DNA of 32,000 bases from Candidatus Kuenenia stuttgartensis (GCF_900232105.1 NZ_LT934425.1:990001-1022000); one strand, 5' to 3'. Numbered from the stretch's first letter, positions 22,567 to 32,000 are shown. Notes: generated by a model from the sequence alone, not told the origin. Translations and numbers: made by a program.

Positions 22567-24578
22567 CTAGCGTGAGTTTATCACAAAATAAGGCATGAAG
22601 CAACGTAACATAAATACAGTCAATGCGTTAAGCACAACATCAATTGTATACACTGAGTCCTTGAAGTTTCAGCCGATGTTTGTGGAAATCCATAATGCCT
22701 AACGCATTCATCAACAGAGATTCCTTGTCGGACATTTCTTCCAATTTGTAGGTAGCCTTAACTCTCCCTCTGGCCTTTGTTTCTTCAAGCATAGCAGAAA
22801 GCCTTATATTATTAAGGGTGTCTAACAGGGTATCTAACGTTCCACTAAATTGTGCGTGCGCTTTTGCCTGATACCACACAATCGCCGCCATTAGGTATCC
22901 GAGGACGCAAATAAAAAAATGCACCCTGATTTTCTGATCCGTCCAGTGAAATTGCGGTTTTAAAGCAAGGTGATAGGGGTTCTTGAGATTTCTAAAGGCA
23001 TGTTCAATTTTTGATTGCCCATAGTAGGCTTTTATAATGTCCGCGGTATCCCAATCGTGATGGTCTGTCATAAGAATCCTGAACCCCAGTTCCCCTTCTA
23101 TTTCTTCGAGCTTTTTCTGGTCGATTGAAAAATTCAATTGAAACTTGCCTTCAGATACCTCTTTTAACGACCAATCGATAACATCCTTCGCAAATTGACA
23201 TTTCACTACACTTCTTATCGTATCCTCCAGACCCTCTTTGTCCCGCATCTTTCCCTTTGGATTACACAGATGCTGCTGTAAGAGCTTTAACTGATGTTCT
23301 GCCTTTTCCAGAGACTGAGACATTCCCCTTAATTGCCCAACCTTTAATTTCTCGGAAATAAATACGACAACGGTTCTTTCCTGCCCCCAAATAACCCGTT
23401 TGTCATGGTACACCTGTATCTTACTGCCGTCAACGTCATATTCCCTGAAATTACACATGGCATCCCCTACCAACTGCTTGTGATGATACGGTGTAAGCGC
23501 TCCAACGTAATGCAATGCCAATCTCTCTACAATAGCCATATTGTCCATGGAATTGTTTCCACGATCAAAAACAATAGTGTGCTTTTTGCTGTCGAAACCT
23601 AATCCGGTCATCCTGTCTTTTATCGTCTCAAGAACCGCGCTGAACACCTTTGCATCCGCCATGTTCCCCTGATAGGTATGGTGAAACAACGGTATCATGT
23701 CGTTACGTGTAACGACCATCGCCAACCCGACCTGCCTGAGATCGTATCGCTTTTGTTTGTTTTTCCCCCGCCGGGCAATAGTGCATCGCAGATTAGTTGT
23801 GTCGATATACGTGAAAAAATTGGTTGTATCAAAAAACAGTGTGTCGCTTTGAAGGTTGTATGTTTTAAATGTCTTTTCAATTAATTCGCGCTCGATTTCT
23901 GCAATGGATTCTTCAGGAAGTGCATCCATCAAATCCCAGAAATGCTGACTGTCTATTTTACTCAAGCTGTGTCTGAGTAAGTATTCGGCAGTAGTCGTCT
24001 TTGCCCAATCCCACCATCCTCTTTTGCTGGTAGGCACACACACTCTCCCCACGGCACCCAACAAGAGGGTACTTCCGGCGGTCAGATTATTTCGAACAGG
24101 TTTTTTAGCACAATACTGCCGTGGCGACTTTATATATTTATTAATCACGGAAGGGACGTCCAGGGCATTGGCCACACTTAGCAATGCGGCTACCGCGCCA
24201 TGTGAATAAGATTTGAGCCGTAATTTTTCGGTAAGACCTTGCAGTTGTTTTAATAAATCGTCTGCCTTGCCAAGATAGGCCAGGACGATGGGCCTGGGCT
24301 TGCCGTTAACGCGCCGCGATTCGACAATATACCAATATTTATAACCTCTGGAGTTTTTAGATTGAATGGTAGCCATGGCTATTAGTTGTTAGTGTATACG
24401 TAATAGATTAATACTCCGTGTATAATAGTATATACAGGCATATAATGCAATATAAATATAGTATTATTCAGTGTATACATAATTTTTTAGACAAAAAAAG
24501 TCGCAACCCGATACAAATCATTGGATTGCAACTTGATGTCTTTGTCTTACACCTTATTTCGTGATAAACTCACGCTAG
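22567..24578 (-). mobile_element. Insertion sequence, IS1634/IS4-type (about 2.0 kb)
   Basis: Terminal inverted repeats are ctagcgtgagtttatcacaaaataagg (22567-) and the reverse complement of ccttatttcgtgataaactcacgctag (-24578), matching 26/27. The flanks rejoin to the uninterrupted family C copy at 11555-11575 (ggtggaccggatttctcc). Confidence 0.85.
22640..24376 (-). CDS. IS1634-family (IS4 superfamily) DDE transposase
   Basis: 578 aa. The N-terminus MATIQSKNSRGYKYWYIVESRRVNGKPRPIVLAYLGK is typical of IS1634. Also present are VFDRGNNSMDN and YYGQSKIEHAFRNLKNP (E-x6-K). Confidence 0.9.
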   Translation of the reverse strand: MATIQSKNSRGYKYWYIVESRRVNGKPRPIVLAYLGKADDLLKQLQGLTEKLRLKSYSHGAVAALLSVANALDVPSVINKYIKSPRQYCAKKPVRNNLTAGSTLLLGAVGRVCVPTSKRGWWDWAKTTTAEYLLRHSLSKIDSQHFWDLMDALPEESIAEIERELIEKTFKTYNLQSDTLFFDTTNFFTYIDTTNLRCTIARRGKNKQKRYDLRQVGLAMVVTRNDMIPLFHHTYQGNMADAKVFSAVLETIKDRMTGLGFDSKKHTIVFDRGNNSMDNMAIVERLALHYVGALTPYHHKQLVGDAMCNFREYDVDGSKIQVYHDKRVIWGQERTVVVFISEKLKVGQLRGMSQSLEKAEHQLKLLQQHLCNPKGKMRDKEGLEDTIRSVVKCQFAKDVIDWSLKEVSEGKFQLNFSIDQKKLEEIEGELGFRILMTDHHDWDTADIIKAYYGQSKIEHAFRNLKNPYHLALKPQFHWTDQKIRVHFFICVLGYLMAAIVWYQAKAHAQFSGTLDTLLDTLNNIRLSAMLEETKARGRVKATYKLEEMSDKESLLMNALGIMDFHKHRLKLQGLSVYN

Positions 24579-25011
24579 ATTTCTCCATCGATTCAACTAC
24601 CCCTTTATTATGAAAACAAATTTAACCCTCTTTCTCACGCTTCGCAGACTGGTCAAATGGACGATTTTATCCTGTTTCGTGACATGCATTCCCGCAGAGC
24701 GCAGGAATGAGAAGAAAAACTTATGGCTATTCATGTTATAAACCTCCCAGATTTCCTCCGCAGACAATTCCACCCCCTTAATCCCCCGCCAGCGGGGGAC
24801 AGGCTTGCCACATCCCTTGCAGCGTTGTTTTGCCCCAATCACACAAACGGTTACAAAAAATCGGGAATGCTCCCGATTGTAGCAAGGCTAATAGCAGGGT
24901 ATTTTGAATTAGATCGAAATCTGTTTGAACACCGAAAAATAGAGGGACACTTCCCATATTTCAAAAATTAATGTGGGAAGTATCCTTCTATTACATTCGT
25001 TCAGAAAACCC

Positions 25012-25041
25012 TTGGATTTTTCCCAGGCGATGGCATATAAT
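25012..25041 (+). promoter_or_regulatory. Candidate sigma70-type promoter for serS
   Basis: TTGGAT (25012-25017), an 18-nt spacer and TATAAT (25036-25041), 44 nt upstream of the serS ATG. The RBS-like agaggagag lies at about 25068-25076. This rests on pattern only. Confidence 0.35.
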
Positions 25042-25084
25042 CCACTTCTCAATTTAGCAATTCGCCAGAGGAGAGACAAAACAT

Positions 25085-26404
25085 ATGCTTGATATACATT
25101 TCATAAGAAATAATGTGAACGCAGTGAAAGAGGCAATTGCCAATAAACAGGAAATTGCCGTAAACATTGATGCTATTTTAGAAATAGACGCCCAACGCAG
25201 GAAAAAGATTCAGATCTGCGAACAGTTGAAAAATCAACGGAATGAAAAGTCAAGGGCGGTGAGTGAACTAAAAAAGAACGGACAAGACGCTTCCGCTATC
25301 ATTGAGGAAACAAAAAAGATTGGCGATGATATAAAATCCATTGATGGGGAATTACGGGATATGGAATCCCAACTTAACGACCTGTTGCTTGGAATCCCCA
25401 ACATACCGGCAGCGGATGTACCTGTTGGCAAAGACGCCTCTGGCAACGAAATAGTGAGACACTGGGGAGAGCGGAAAACATTTCATTTTACGCCGCAGCC
25501 GCACTGGGAGCTGGGAAAGACGCTGGATATTCTCGACCTTGAACGGGCAGCTAAAATTACCGGTTCCGGTTTTATTTTATTAAAGGGTGCTGGCGCAAAA
25601 CTTGAGCGGGCGCTCTTTAATTTTATGCTGGATATACATACCCGTGACCACGGATATACAGAAATCTTTCCCCCCTTTCTCGTAAACAGGAAGTCCATGA
25701 CGGGCACCGGGCAATTGCCGAAACTGGAAGACGACATGTATCGGACATTACAAATGTACACCGCGCATGCGTCTGAAAAAAAAGCCGTTGCTGAAGATCT
25801 CTTTCTTGTTCCAACTGCGGAAGTGCCCGTAACCAACATTCACAGGGACGAAATCCTTCTGTATAAAAACCTCCCCATTTATTATACCGCGTATACTCCC
25901 TGTTTTCGGAGGGAGGCAGGTTCTTATGGAAAGGACACTCGGGGCATCATGCGGGTGCATCAATTCAATAAGGTGGAATTGGTAAAACTGGTGCGGCCCG
26001 AAACCTCGTATGGTGAATTGGAAACACTGCTCGCTAATGCGGAAAAGATACTGCAATTGCTTGGACTGGAATACAGGGTGGTGAAATTGTGTACGGGGGA
26101 TATGAGCTTTGCCGCCGCTAAGTGTTATGATATTGAAGTCTGGGCGCCAGGAGTAGATAAGTATCTTGAAGTTTCTTCCTGCAGCAATTTTGAAGACTTT
26201 CAGGCACGGCGCATTAACTTGCGTTTTCGCAACGAAGACGGGAAGCTACAATATGTACATACTTTAAACGGTTCCGGATTAGCGTTGCCGAGGACGGTAA
26301 TAGCAATCCTTGAAACGTATCAGCAGGAAGACGGTTCAATCCTGATTCCGGACGTCCTTCAGCCCTATATGAAAGAAACCAGGATCATTGCAAATCAATC
26401 GTAA
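25085..26404 (+). CDS. serS: Seryl-tRNA synthetase
   Basis: 439 aa with the N-terminal coiled-coil arm [10 protein letters not shown]... and class II motifs ...[25 protein letters not shown]... and ...[18 protein letters not shown]. Confidence 0.97.
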   Translation: MLDIHFIRNNVNAVKEAIANKQEIAVNIDAILEIDAQRRKKIQICEQLKNQRNEKSRAVSELKKNGQDASAIIEETKKIGDDIKSIDGELRDMESQLNDLLLGIPNIPAADVPVGKDASGNEIVRHWGERKTFHFTPQPHWELGKTLDILDLERAAKITGSGFILLKGAGAKLERALFNFMLDIHTRDHGYTEIFPPFLVNRKSMTGTGQLPKLEDDMYRTLQMYTAHASEKKAVAEDLFLVPTAEVPVTNIHRDEILLYKNLPIYYTAYTPCFRREAGSYGKDTRGIMRVHQFNKVELVKLVRPETSYGELETLLANAEKILQLLGLEYRVVKLCTGDMSFAAAKCYDIEVWAPGVDKYLEVSSCSNFEDFQARRINLRFRNEDGKLQYVHTLNGSGLALPRTVIAILETYQQEDGSILIPDVLQPYMKETRIIANQS

Positions 26405-26456
26405 CGCGGTATAACCTCGTGAGGTTCACGGTTGAAAACCTGTGAATTCCAAACCT

Positions 26457-26656
26457 AATAAGCGCTAAGTTGTTTTTTATATTTTTTACGCGGAGTCCAA
26501 TAGGCTAAAAAATATTCGTTATTCTTTAGCATCTATTCGCGTTTATTAGCGTTCATTGGCGGTTCCTTTATTAACCGCAAATAGCCGCTAATAAACGCGA
26601 ATATGGAGATTTTATTACACGGATAAATTAATCCGTAATTTTAACTTAGCGTTTAT
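26457..26656. repeat. Nested palindromes in the convergent serS / membrane-protein spacer
   Basis: The outer pair is ataagcgctaagtt (26457-26470) / aacttagcgtttat (26643-26656). The middle pair is a perfect 17-mer, attcgcgtttattagcg (26535-26551) / cgctaataaacgcgaat (26587-26603). The inner hairpin is ggcggtt...aaccgc, and acggataaattaatccgt lies at 26619-26636. Confidence 0.8.
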
Positions 26657-26684
26657 GCCCCGGAGCCCAGAACCCTTCATAGCT

Positions 26685-27377
26685 TTATTTCAAGGAATAG
26701 CTCTTTCCAAACATTTCTATCCCAATCCATCTTCCCTCAGAAGCAACCAATAACCGTCCCTTACCGGTAATAAGCAAGAACAATACGAGTAAAGGAAATA
26801 CTACCGGAAAGGCAATTATCAGGACAGAAAGTGTCACAAAAATTACAGGCACAGAGGTAACAAGGATTACCGCCAGTATAGGGAAGATCAACATAAATAC
26901 GATGATAAGGATTCCAAACGCAAACATTAAAGCAGGAGGCAGGACAAAGATGGAGATTAATCCCCAAAATACCTTTCCGAACTTGCCGGAGATTTGTTTA
27001 TCACGCAAAATAACCCCGTTTTTTAAATCTTCCCGGGGCAAAAATGGAATTTCGGGGAGGTCTTCAATGCCTGTTTCTTCCAGCGTAACTTCTTCTGAAG
27101 TTGTGCTTCCTGCAACAGGAACGGCAAGGGTGTAGTCTGATTCTTCCACACCCTCACTTTTCATTACCGAAAGGTCAGCGTTTTCTTCTTTCTGCATAAC
27201 CTCTGCTTCAGATGGTTCTTCAATGCCTGTTTCCTTCAGTGCAACTTCTTCTGGGGTTGCGCTTCCCGCAACAGGATCGGTAAGGGTAGGGTTGTCTTCT
27301 TCAATGCCTTCCCTTTGGATTTCAGAACCGGCAGTGTCTTTTTCTGTTTCTTTTTTCTTTCTTTTCCAAATTGCCAT
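26685..27377 (-). CDS. Hypothetical membrane protein with acidic tandem-repeat N-terminus
   Basis: 230 aa. The N-terminal half contains two ~51-aa repeats (NPTLTDPVAGSATPEEVALKETGIEE / DYTLAVPVAGSTTSEEVTLEETGIED). The C-terminal half is strongly hydrophobic, with about 4 TM segments. No family is recognised. Confidence 0.6.
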   Translation of the reverse strand: MAIWKRKKKETEKDTAGSEIQREGIEEDNPTLTDPVAGSATPEEVALKETGIEEPSEAEVMQKEENADLSVMKSEGVEESDYTLAVPVAGSTTSEEVTLEETGIEDLPEIPFLPREDLKNGVILRDKQISGKFGKVFWGLISIFVLPPALMFAFGILIIVFMLIFPILAVILVTSVPVIFVTLSVLIIAFPVVFPLLVLFLLITGKGRLLVASEGRWIGIEMFGKSYSLK

Positions 27378-27400
27378 AGTACTGTAACCTTATTATTTTA

Positions 27401-27877
27401 TTAAGTATTTTCGTGTAAACCCGCTATTGCTTGTGCTGCGATCGCTTCCCCGCGGCCAATTGCATCTACACCTTCCATTGTTGTTGCCTTTATGTTTACC
27501 CTGTTTGTATTTAAATGTAACAATTGTGCTATATACTGTCTCATTTCCTGTTTTCTCAAGCCTATTTTTGGTTTTTGCGCTAGTATGATGACGTCTATAT
27601 TATTGATTTTAAAATTGCCTTCTTTTAAAAGATCAACAACTTTTAAAAGAATAACCGAACTGGAAACATCTTTCCATTTTTCGTCGGTATCGGGGAAGTG
27701 TTCTCCAATATCGCCAAGAGCTGCAGCCCCTAACAATGCGTCACAGATAGCATGAATAACCACATCCGCATCGGAATGACCCAGTAAGCCGAGATGGTAA
27801 TCAAACGAAACCCCACCTAAAATAAGCTTCCGGTTTTCGACTAGACGATGAATATCATATCCAATCCCAAAGAGCAT
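27401..27877 (-). CDS. ispF: 2-C-methyl-D-erythritol 2,4-cyclodiphosphate synthase
   Basis: 158 aa: GIGYDIHRL...GHSDADVVIHAICDALLGAAALGDIGEHFPDTD...ATTMEG, the canonical IspF motifs. Confidence 0.95.
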   Translation of the reverse strand: MLFGIGYDIHRLVENRKLILGGVSFDYHLGLLGHSDADVVIHAICDALLGAAALGDIGEHFPDTDEKWKDVSSSVILLKVVDLLKEGNFKINNIDVIILAQKPKIGLRKQEMRQYIAQLLHLNTNRVNIKATTMEGVDAIGRGEAIAAQAIAGLHENT

Positions 27878-27909
27878 ACAAAATAGTTCCCCATTAACTT
27901 ACTTTTTGT

Positions 27910-29667
27910 TTAGCTAAGACCGCTCTTCCGCATAAGGTTTTTAACACTTTCCAACAATGCATTTACTTCTGAAATTTGCCGTGTCGTTTCTTCCCTTTCC
28001 GTCCATCTGAGATCACGATAAGATGAAATGTTGTTGCTTATATCTTCAATTACACGATCGATAGCCTTATTCACCTCAAACTTCATAAACTCCACAAAAC
28101 GTTCACAGATAGCGTCTGCCCGCCTTAAAAATTCATTTCTGAAGGTTTTACGCTTTTGAGGGAAAATAGCTAACCCTATAAAAGCCAGTGCTACAGAAAT
28201 ACCTATCGTTACCGGTGGAGGCGCGATCCAGGAAAACATCATTATTCCCACAACGCCAATTCCTATAGCAAATGTTTCGATGAGCAGAAAACTGATAAAA
28301 CCTGCTTGCACTAATCCATTAAGTTTTTCAGATTCCCGTTCCGTATCCAATTCCCGAAACTCTTTGGAACGGGTCTTTAATGCAACTTCAATTTCATGTT
28401 TGCGGTCATCATAATGGCGTTCAATATGCCCGTTAACTATATTCCCCGCCATGCGGTCATACCCAACTTCCTTCTCAACATGATCTCTGGCCATATCCCA
28501 TAATGCACGGTTATTTCGTGCCACATAATCAACTACATCATCAATAATTCGGTCGAGGTCTGTTTGCGGATTTAAAAGCCCATACACCTCTCTTTTAAAT
28601 CGGTCATTCAGTTTTTCTCTTCCTATTTTTGACATAAGAACCGATCTGGCAGTAACATAAGTGTTTAAAAAATTTTCTAGTTTTTCTTTTAATCGCGAGA
28701 ATACCAGCCTGATCTCATCTTTATATTTTAACGTGTACTCCTGCATATCCTGTTTTTTGTTTTTCAGGCGCGTTTCAAATCTTTCAATATTTTTAATATC
28801 CGTGTTGCATTTATTCACCTTTTCCCCAAGCCTTTGTTGTAGTTCGGTGAATACATTAAACAGATATTTTAAAGGGCTTACGAGTTTGAAATCTATTTTT
28901 GTATCAAGGTCAAGTTTTTCAAACATAAACGCCTCAACTTCTTCAATACCGCTCTGTTTCAGCAGCGCTTCATTATTTTCGCTTCGTGCTTTGTATGCCT
29001 CTTTTGCGGAAACGGATAAAACCTTTGGCTCAAAACCCAGCAGCCGGTAACAATTTTTTTCCACAAACGATATAATATCAATAAGCTCTTTCGGCGTCTT
29101 TAAATCAATTTTATTCAGTATAAAAAGTACCTTACGTCCCCATTTACCCTTTAAGAATTGCAAAAACTGCCGTTCGCTTTCGGTAAAAGGATGATCGGCA
29201 GAGGTAATGAAGAGTACGAGTTCAGCCCTGTGTACAAAACCTTCCGTTAGTGCGGAGTGTTCTAAAATAATTGAATTTGTTCCCGGCGTGTCTACCAGGG
29301 TAATATCTTTCAAAACCTCCATCGGGTATGTTGCCCGGCATAAATGGTCTCCTACCTCCTTTACTTCCACTTTATCCCCATAGGTCAGCAAAGTAATTCT
29401 GTTAGTGGTGGGGGTCGGGCCATCCACTAAGACACGTTCACCACACAAGGCATTGATAAAACTGGATTTGCCGGAATTATATTCTCCTGCAACCAGCAAA
29501 TAGAAAGGTTCTTCCAATTGAGAACGCATTTCCTCTACTCGTTTCTCCATCTCTGTAATACCAATTCTTTCGAAGAATTTTTTTGAATTATCCAGCAAAT
29601 TTACTATTTCCGGATAGATATCTCTTCGCTGTGTCTTTGATGTGATGTTTAACATAGATTGGATCAA
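27910..29667 (-). CDS. Dynamin-family GTPase (bacterial dynamin-like protein)
   Basis: 585 aa with G1 GEYNSGKSSFINAL, G3 DTPGTN and G4 NKID. It has a long helical stalk and a hydrophobic paddle GFISFLLIETFAIGIGVVGIMMFSWIAPPPVTIGISVALAFIGLAIF. Confidence 0.85.
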   Translation of the reverse strand: MIQSMLNITSKTQRRDIYPEIVNLLDNSKKFFERIGITEMEKRVEEMRSQLEEPFYLLVAGEYNSGKSSFINALCGERVLVDGPTPTTNRITLLTYGDKVEVKEVGDHLCRATYPMEVLKDITLVDTPGTNSIILEHSALTEGFVHRAELVLFITSADHPFTESERQFLQFLKGKWGRKVLFILNKIDLKTPKELIDIISFVEKNCYRLLGFEPKVLSVSAKEAYKARSENNEALLKQSGIEEVEAFMFEKLDLDTKIDFKLVSPLKYLFNVFTELQQRLGEKVNKCNTDIKNIERFETRLKNKKQDMQEYTLKYKDEIRLVFSRLKEKLENFLNTYVTARSVLMSKIGREKLNDRFKREVYGLLNPQTDLDRIIDDVVDYVARNNRALWDMARDHVEKEVGYDRMAGNIVNGHIERHYDDRKHEIEVALKTRSKEFRELDTERESEKLNGLVQAGFISFLLIETFAIGIGVVGIMMFSWIAPPPVTIGISVALAFIGLAIFPQKRKTFRNEFLRRADAICERFVEFMKFEVNKAIDRVIEDISNNISSYRDLRWTEREETTRQISEVNALLESVKNLMRKSGLS

Positions 29668-29764
29668 ATACTGTAAAGTGAAAAATGGTTATTAAGGAAT
29701 ACCTTTGCGTTAATTGTTGCGAAGGTTGATGTTATCAATTTTAGCAATGCAAGTCAATTTCTTT

Positions 29765-30148
29765 TCAGCCGGCAGTTGCAATGGCTTCGATCTCGATAGC
29801 AACGTCCTTCGGCAGCCTGGACACCTGCACCGCAGCTCTGGCTGGCGGTTCATTTTGAAAAAATTCCTTATAGACGTCATTCACCGCCGCATAATCATTT
29901 AAATCCTTCATAAAAATAGTCGTCTTTACCACCTTATCCAAAGAAGCACCTGCCGCATCCAATATATTTCTCAAATTATTTAAAACCTGTCGTGTTTGTA
30001 CCGCAGCATCGCCATGTAATGTTTCACCTGTTTCGGGTATTATAGGAATTTGTCCGGAAACAAATACCAGATTGCCGGCCTTAATAGCCTGGGAATATGG
30101 ACCAATTGCCGCAGGCGCAGCCTTTGTTGAGATTACCATTTTTTTCAT
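29765..30148 (-). CDS. ridA: RidA/YjgF-family reactive intermediate deaminase
   Basis: 127 aa: [32 protein letters not shown]...[23 protein letters not shown]. Confidence 0.9.
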   Translation of the reverse strand: MKKMVISTKAAPAAIGPYSQAIKAGNLVFVSGQIPIIPETGETLHGDAAVQTRQVLNNLRNILDAAGASLDKVVKTTIFMKDLNDYAAVNDVYKEFFQNEPPARAAVQVSRLPKDVAIEIEAIATAG

Positions 30149-30527
30149 TTATTTACTCTCTTAATTAATGAAAGATGTACACTCTGCGAAGATGTTAAAA
30201 TCGGGGAGATGGGAAGCCCTTTTTATTCAAATAGATTTGCAAACAACACGGTTTTTTCATTGATTACACACGTCTTTTTTGCTTCAATCCTTCCCGGTTT
30301 GTGTCTTCTGCTGAATTTAGCCCGGTAAGGTTAGGTTTTGTGCCTCAACCCAACCTTATAACTTACATAAACTTTGTGCGCAGAAGGCTCGTGTATATTT
30401 CATTACGATTTTTCCAAATTTTTAATAAGTATATCTTTTTATCATGCACCGGTAAAAGTATTTTTTCTGCAAATGTGATTGTTTATTTCCTTTTATCTCA
30501 CAATTAAGGTTTTTTAATTAAATATTC

Positions 30528-31262
30528 ATGCGTAACGTACGCCTTACTATTGAATACGAAGGTACTAATTATGCGGGCTGGCAATGGCAAAAAAACGCCA
30601 TTTCGGTACAGGAGACCCTTACCCATGCAGTAAGGACCGTTATCCGGGAAGAGGTGGAAATACATGGTGCAGGCAGGACTGACGCCGGAGTACATGCCCT
30701 TGGCCAGGTTGCCAATTTTAAAACGTATTCTGCCATTCCTGCAAAACAGCTATTACGGGCAATAAATTTTCACTTGCCACAAGATATTACAATAAAAGAT
30801 GTTGCCGACATGGAAGAAGGTTTTCATGCACGATACAGTGCGACGTCTAAGGTGTACCGGTACACCGTGTTGAATGACTGGTTAAGAACCTCCCTGAATC
30901 GTAATTTTTGTTATGTGTATGGCTTCCCATTAGATCTTTCTAAAATGATGACAGCGGCGCAATACCTTATCGGCACCCATGATTTTACTTCATTTACCAC
31001 AAAGGCCTTGGATAATAAGGACAGGATACGGACAATCAAGAACCTGGAGATTCAGAAAGAGGGGAAATATATTTATTTTGTAGTTGAAGCAAACGGCTTT
31101 TTATACAAAATGGTAAGAACGATTGTCGGTACACTCCTGGAAATAGGACGTGGAAAAATGGACGTCTATCTTATAAGAAAACTCTTAGAGACCGGGAACA
31201 GAGATGACGCCGGCCCAACGGCCCCTGCGAAAGGATTATGCATGAAAGAAGTAAAATATTAA
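30528..31262 (+). CDS. truA: tRNA pseudouridine(38-40) synthase
   Basis: 244 aa: MRNVRLTIEYEGTNYAGWQWQ...GAGRTDAGVHALGQVANF...FLYKMVRTIVGTLLEIG. Confidence 0.95.
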   Translation: MRNVRLTIEYEGTNYAGWQWQKNAISVQETLTHAVRTVIREEVEIHGAGRTDAGVHALGQVANFKTYSAIPAKQLLRAINFHLPQDITIKDVADMEEGFHARYSATSKVYRYTVLNDWLRTSLNRNFCYVYGFPLDLSKMMTAAQYLIGTHDFTSFTTKALDNKDRIRTIKNLEIQKEGKYIYFVVEANGFLYKMVRTIVGTLLEIGRGKMDVYLIRKLLETGNRDDAGPTAPAKGLCMKEVKY

Positions 31263-31302
31263 TATGTAGCGTCTGACCCGAATAAATGAGGTACGAAGTA
31301 CG

Positions 31303-31328
31303 CGAATTACGATTTAAATCGTAATTCG
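31303..31328. repeat. Perfect 26-nt AT-rich palindrome downstream of truA
   Basis: cgaattacgatttaaatcgtaattcg is followed by taattcgtaa (a gtaattc direct iteration). It may be a terminator-like hairpin, but there is no U tract. Confidence 0.7.
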
Positions 31329-31403
31329 TAATTCGTAAAATGTTACGTTGACATAAATTTTAAAATTGGCTATAGTTATGTAGATTTTTGAAAGGACTTG
31401 CAG

Positions 31404-31730
31404 ATGATATCAATTGAAGATTTTTTACGGGTAGAGTTACGAGTTGCGGTAATAAAACATGCGGAGCCGCACCCAAATGCGGACAAATTGTTAGTATTAA
31501 AGATTGACGCCGGCGATGGAAACCAGGAAAGGCAGATTGTTGCCGGGATAAAAAACTATTACACCCCGGAAGAACTTATCGGAAAACAAATTGTTATCGT
31601 AAACAACCTTGCTCCCTCTGTCATTCGGGGCGTTGAAAGCCAGGGTATGCTGCTTGCCGCAAAAGATGCAGAAAAATTAGCAATCTTAACGACAGAAAAA
31701 AACGTTCAACCCGGTTCAGGAATCCAATAA
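31404..31730 (+). CDS. tRNA-binding domain protein (CsaA / MetRS C-terminal-like)
   Basis: MISIEDFLRVELRVAVIKHAEPHPNADKLLVLKIDAGDG...IVAGIKNYYTPEELIGKQIVIVNNLAPSVIRGVESQGMLLAA. I prefer the ATG at 31404 (aaagga 7 nt upstream) over the TTG at 31398 used in the track. Confidence 0.85.
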   Translation: MISIEDFLRVELRVAVIKHAEPHPNADKLLVLKIDAGDGNQERQIVAGIKNYYTPEELIGKQIVIVNNLAPSVIRGVESQGMLLAAKDAEKLAILTTEKNVQPGSGIQ

Positions 31731-31784
31731 ATCGCAACAATAAATCCTAAAATCCTATTTTGCAGAAATATGGTATAGTGTTCT

Positions 31785-32000
31785 GTGCTGCAAGAATTAT
31801 ATATTTCCAATTTTGTATTAATTGATAAAGCAACCATTACGCTCAGTGAAAGATTAAATGTATTCAGCGGGGCGACAGGGGTGGGGAAATCTCTTGTAAT
31901 TGGCGCTTTACATTTTATTCTTGGCGGTCGTTTTACGCAGGACATTGTGCGAAACGGCAAAGATGAGGCAGTGGTGGTTGGCAAATTTTACCTGAAGGAC
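31785..32000 (+). CDS. recN: DNA repair protein RecN (5' partial, continues beyond the window)
   Basis: Manual translation from the GTG at 31785 gives (M)LQELYISNFVLIDKATITLSERLNVFSGATGVGKSLVIGALHFILGGRFTQDIVRNGKDEAVVVGKFYLKD, the RecN N-terminal Walker A region. The track ORF 31706-31984 (-) is its antisense shadow. Confidence 0.85.
   Translation, partial: MLQELYISNFVLIDKATITLSERLNVFSGATGVGKSLVIGALHFILGGRFTQDIVRNGKDEAVVVGKFYLKD

Noticed and set aside
31706-31984. A 92-aa minus-strand track ORF at the window end.
   Set aside because: The + strand of the same region encodes an unmistakable RecN N-terminus, including the Walker A GATGVGKS.

Overview
Low-GC (about 40% by eye) bacterial chromosomal window; I cannot assign a taxon from the sequence alone. 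It has three parts. (i) 1-8.2 kb is an accessory zone. It holds four minus-strand type II toxin-antitoxin pairs (two UPF0175/DUF3368-PIN pairs, one DUF4258/YgiT-zinc-finger pair, one VapBC-like pair), a GxxExxY (PD-(D/E)XK-like) gene with a decayed twin, an IS1634/IS4-type IS, and the 3' remnant of a group II intron. (ii) 8.3-21.5 kb is a polysaccharide biosynthesis/export locus, entirely on the minus strand. It encodes a nucleotide-sugar dehydrogenase, a Wzc-like tyrosine autokinase, a Wza-like exporter, GlmS, a PqqD-like protein and a CapD/PglF-type dehydratase. The genes are separated by unusually long, repeat-filled spacers. (iii) 22.5-32 kb holds a second IS1634-type IS followed by housekeeping genes: serS, a repeat-containing membrane protein, ispF, a dynamin-like GTPase, ridA, truA, a tRNA-binding protein and the recN 5' end. 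Most non-coding DNA consists of several families of palindromic, MITE-like repeats that are inserted into one another. I found no rRNA, tRNA or CRISPR array. The items most worth follow-up are: (1) the Wzc-like kinase carries a DUF4388 plus tandem MshEN-type (c-di-GMP-receptor-like) insertion inside its ATPase domain; (2) the CapD-type dehydratase is fused in frame to a roughly 295-aa HprK-related-kinase-like tail with a degenerate P-loop, followed by a PqqD-like gene and an unannotated 46-codon Lys-rich ORF; (3) Russian-doll nested MITEs with intact 8-bp target-site duplications; (4) an array of TA cassettes, each preceded by a copy of the same repeat. All functional calls come from reading the translations and motifs by eye. 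No database search was run.
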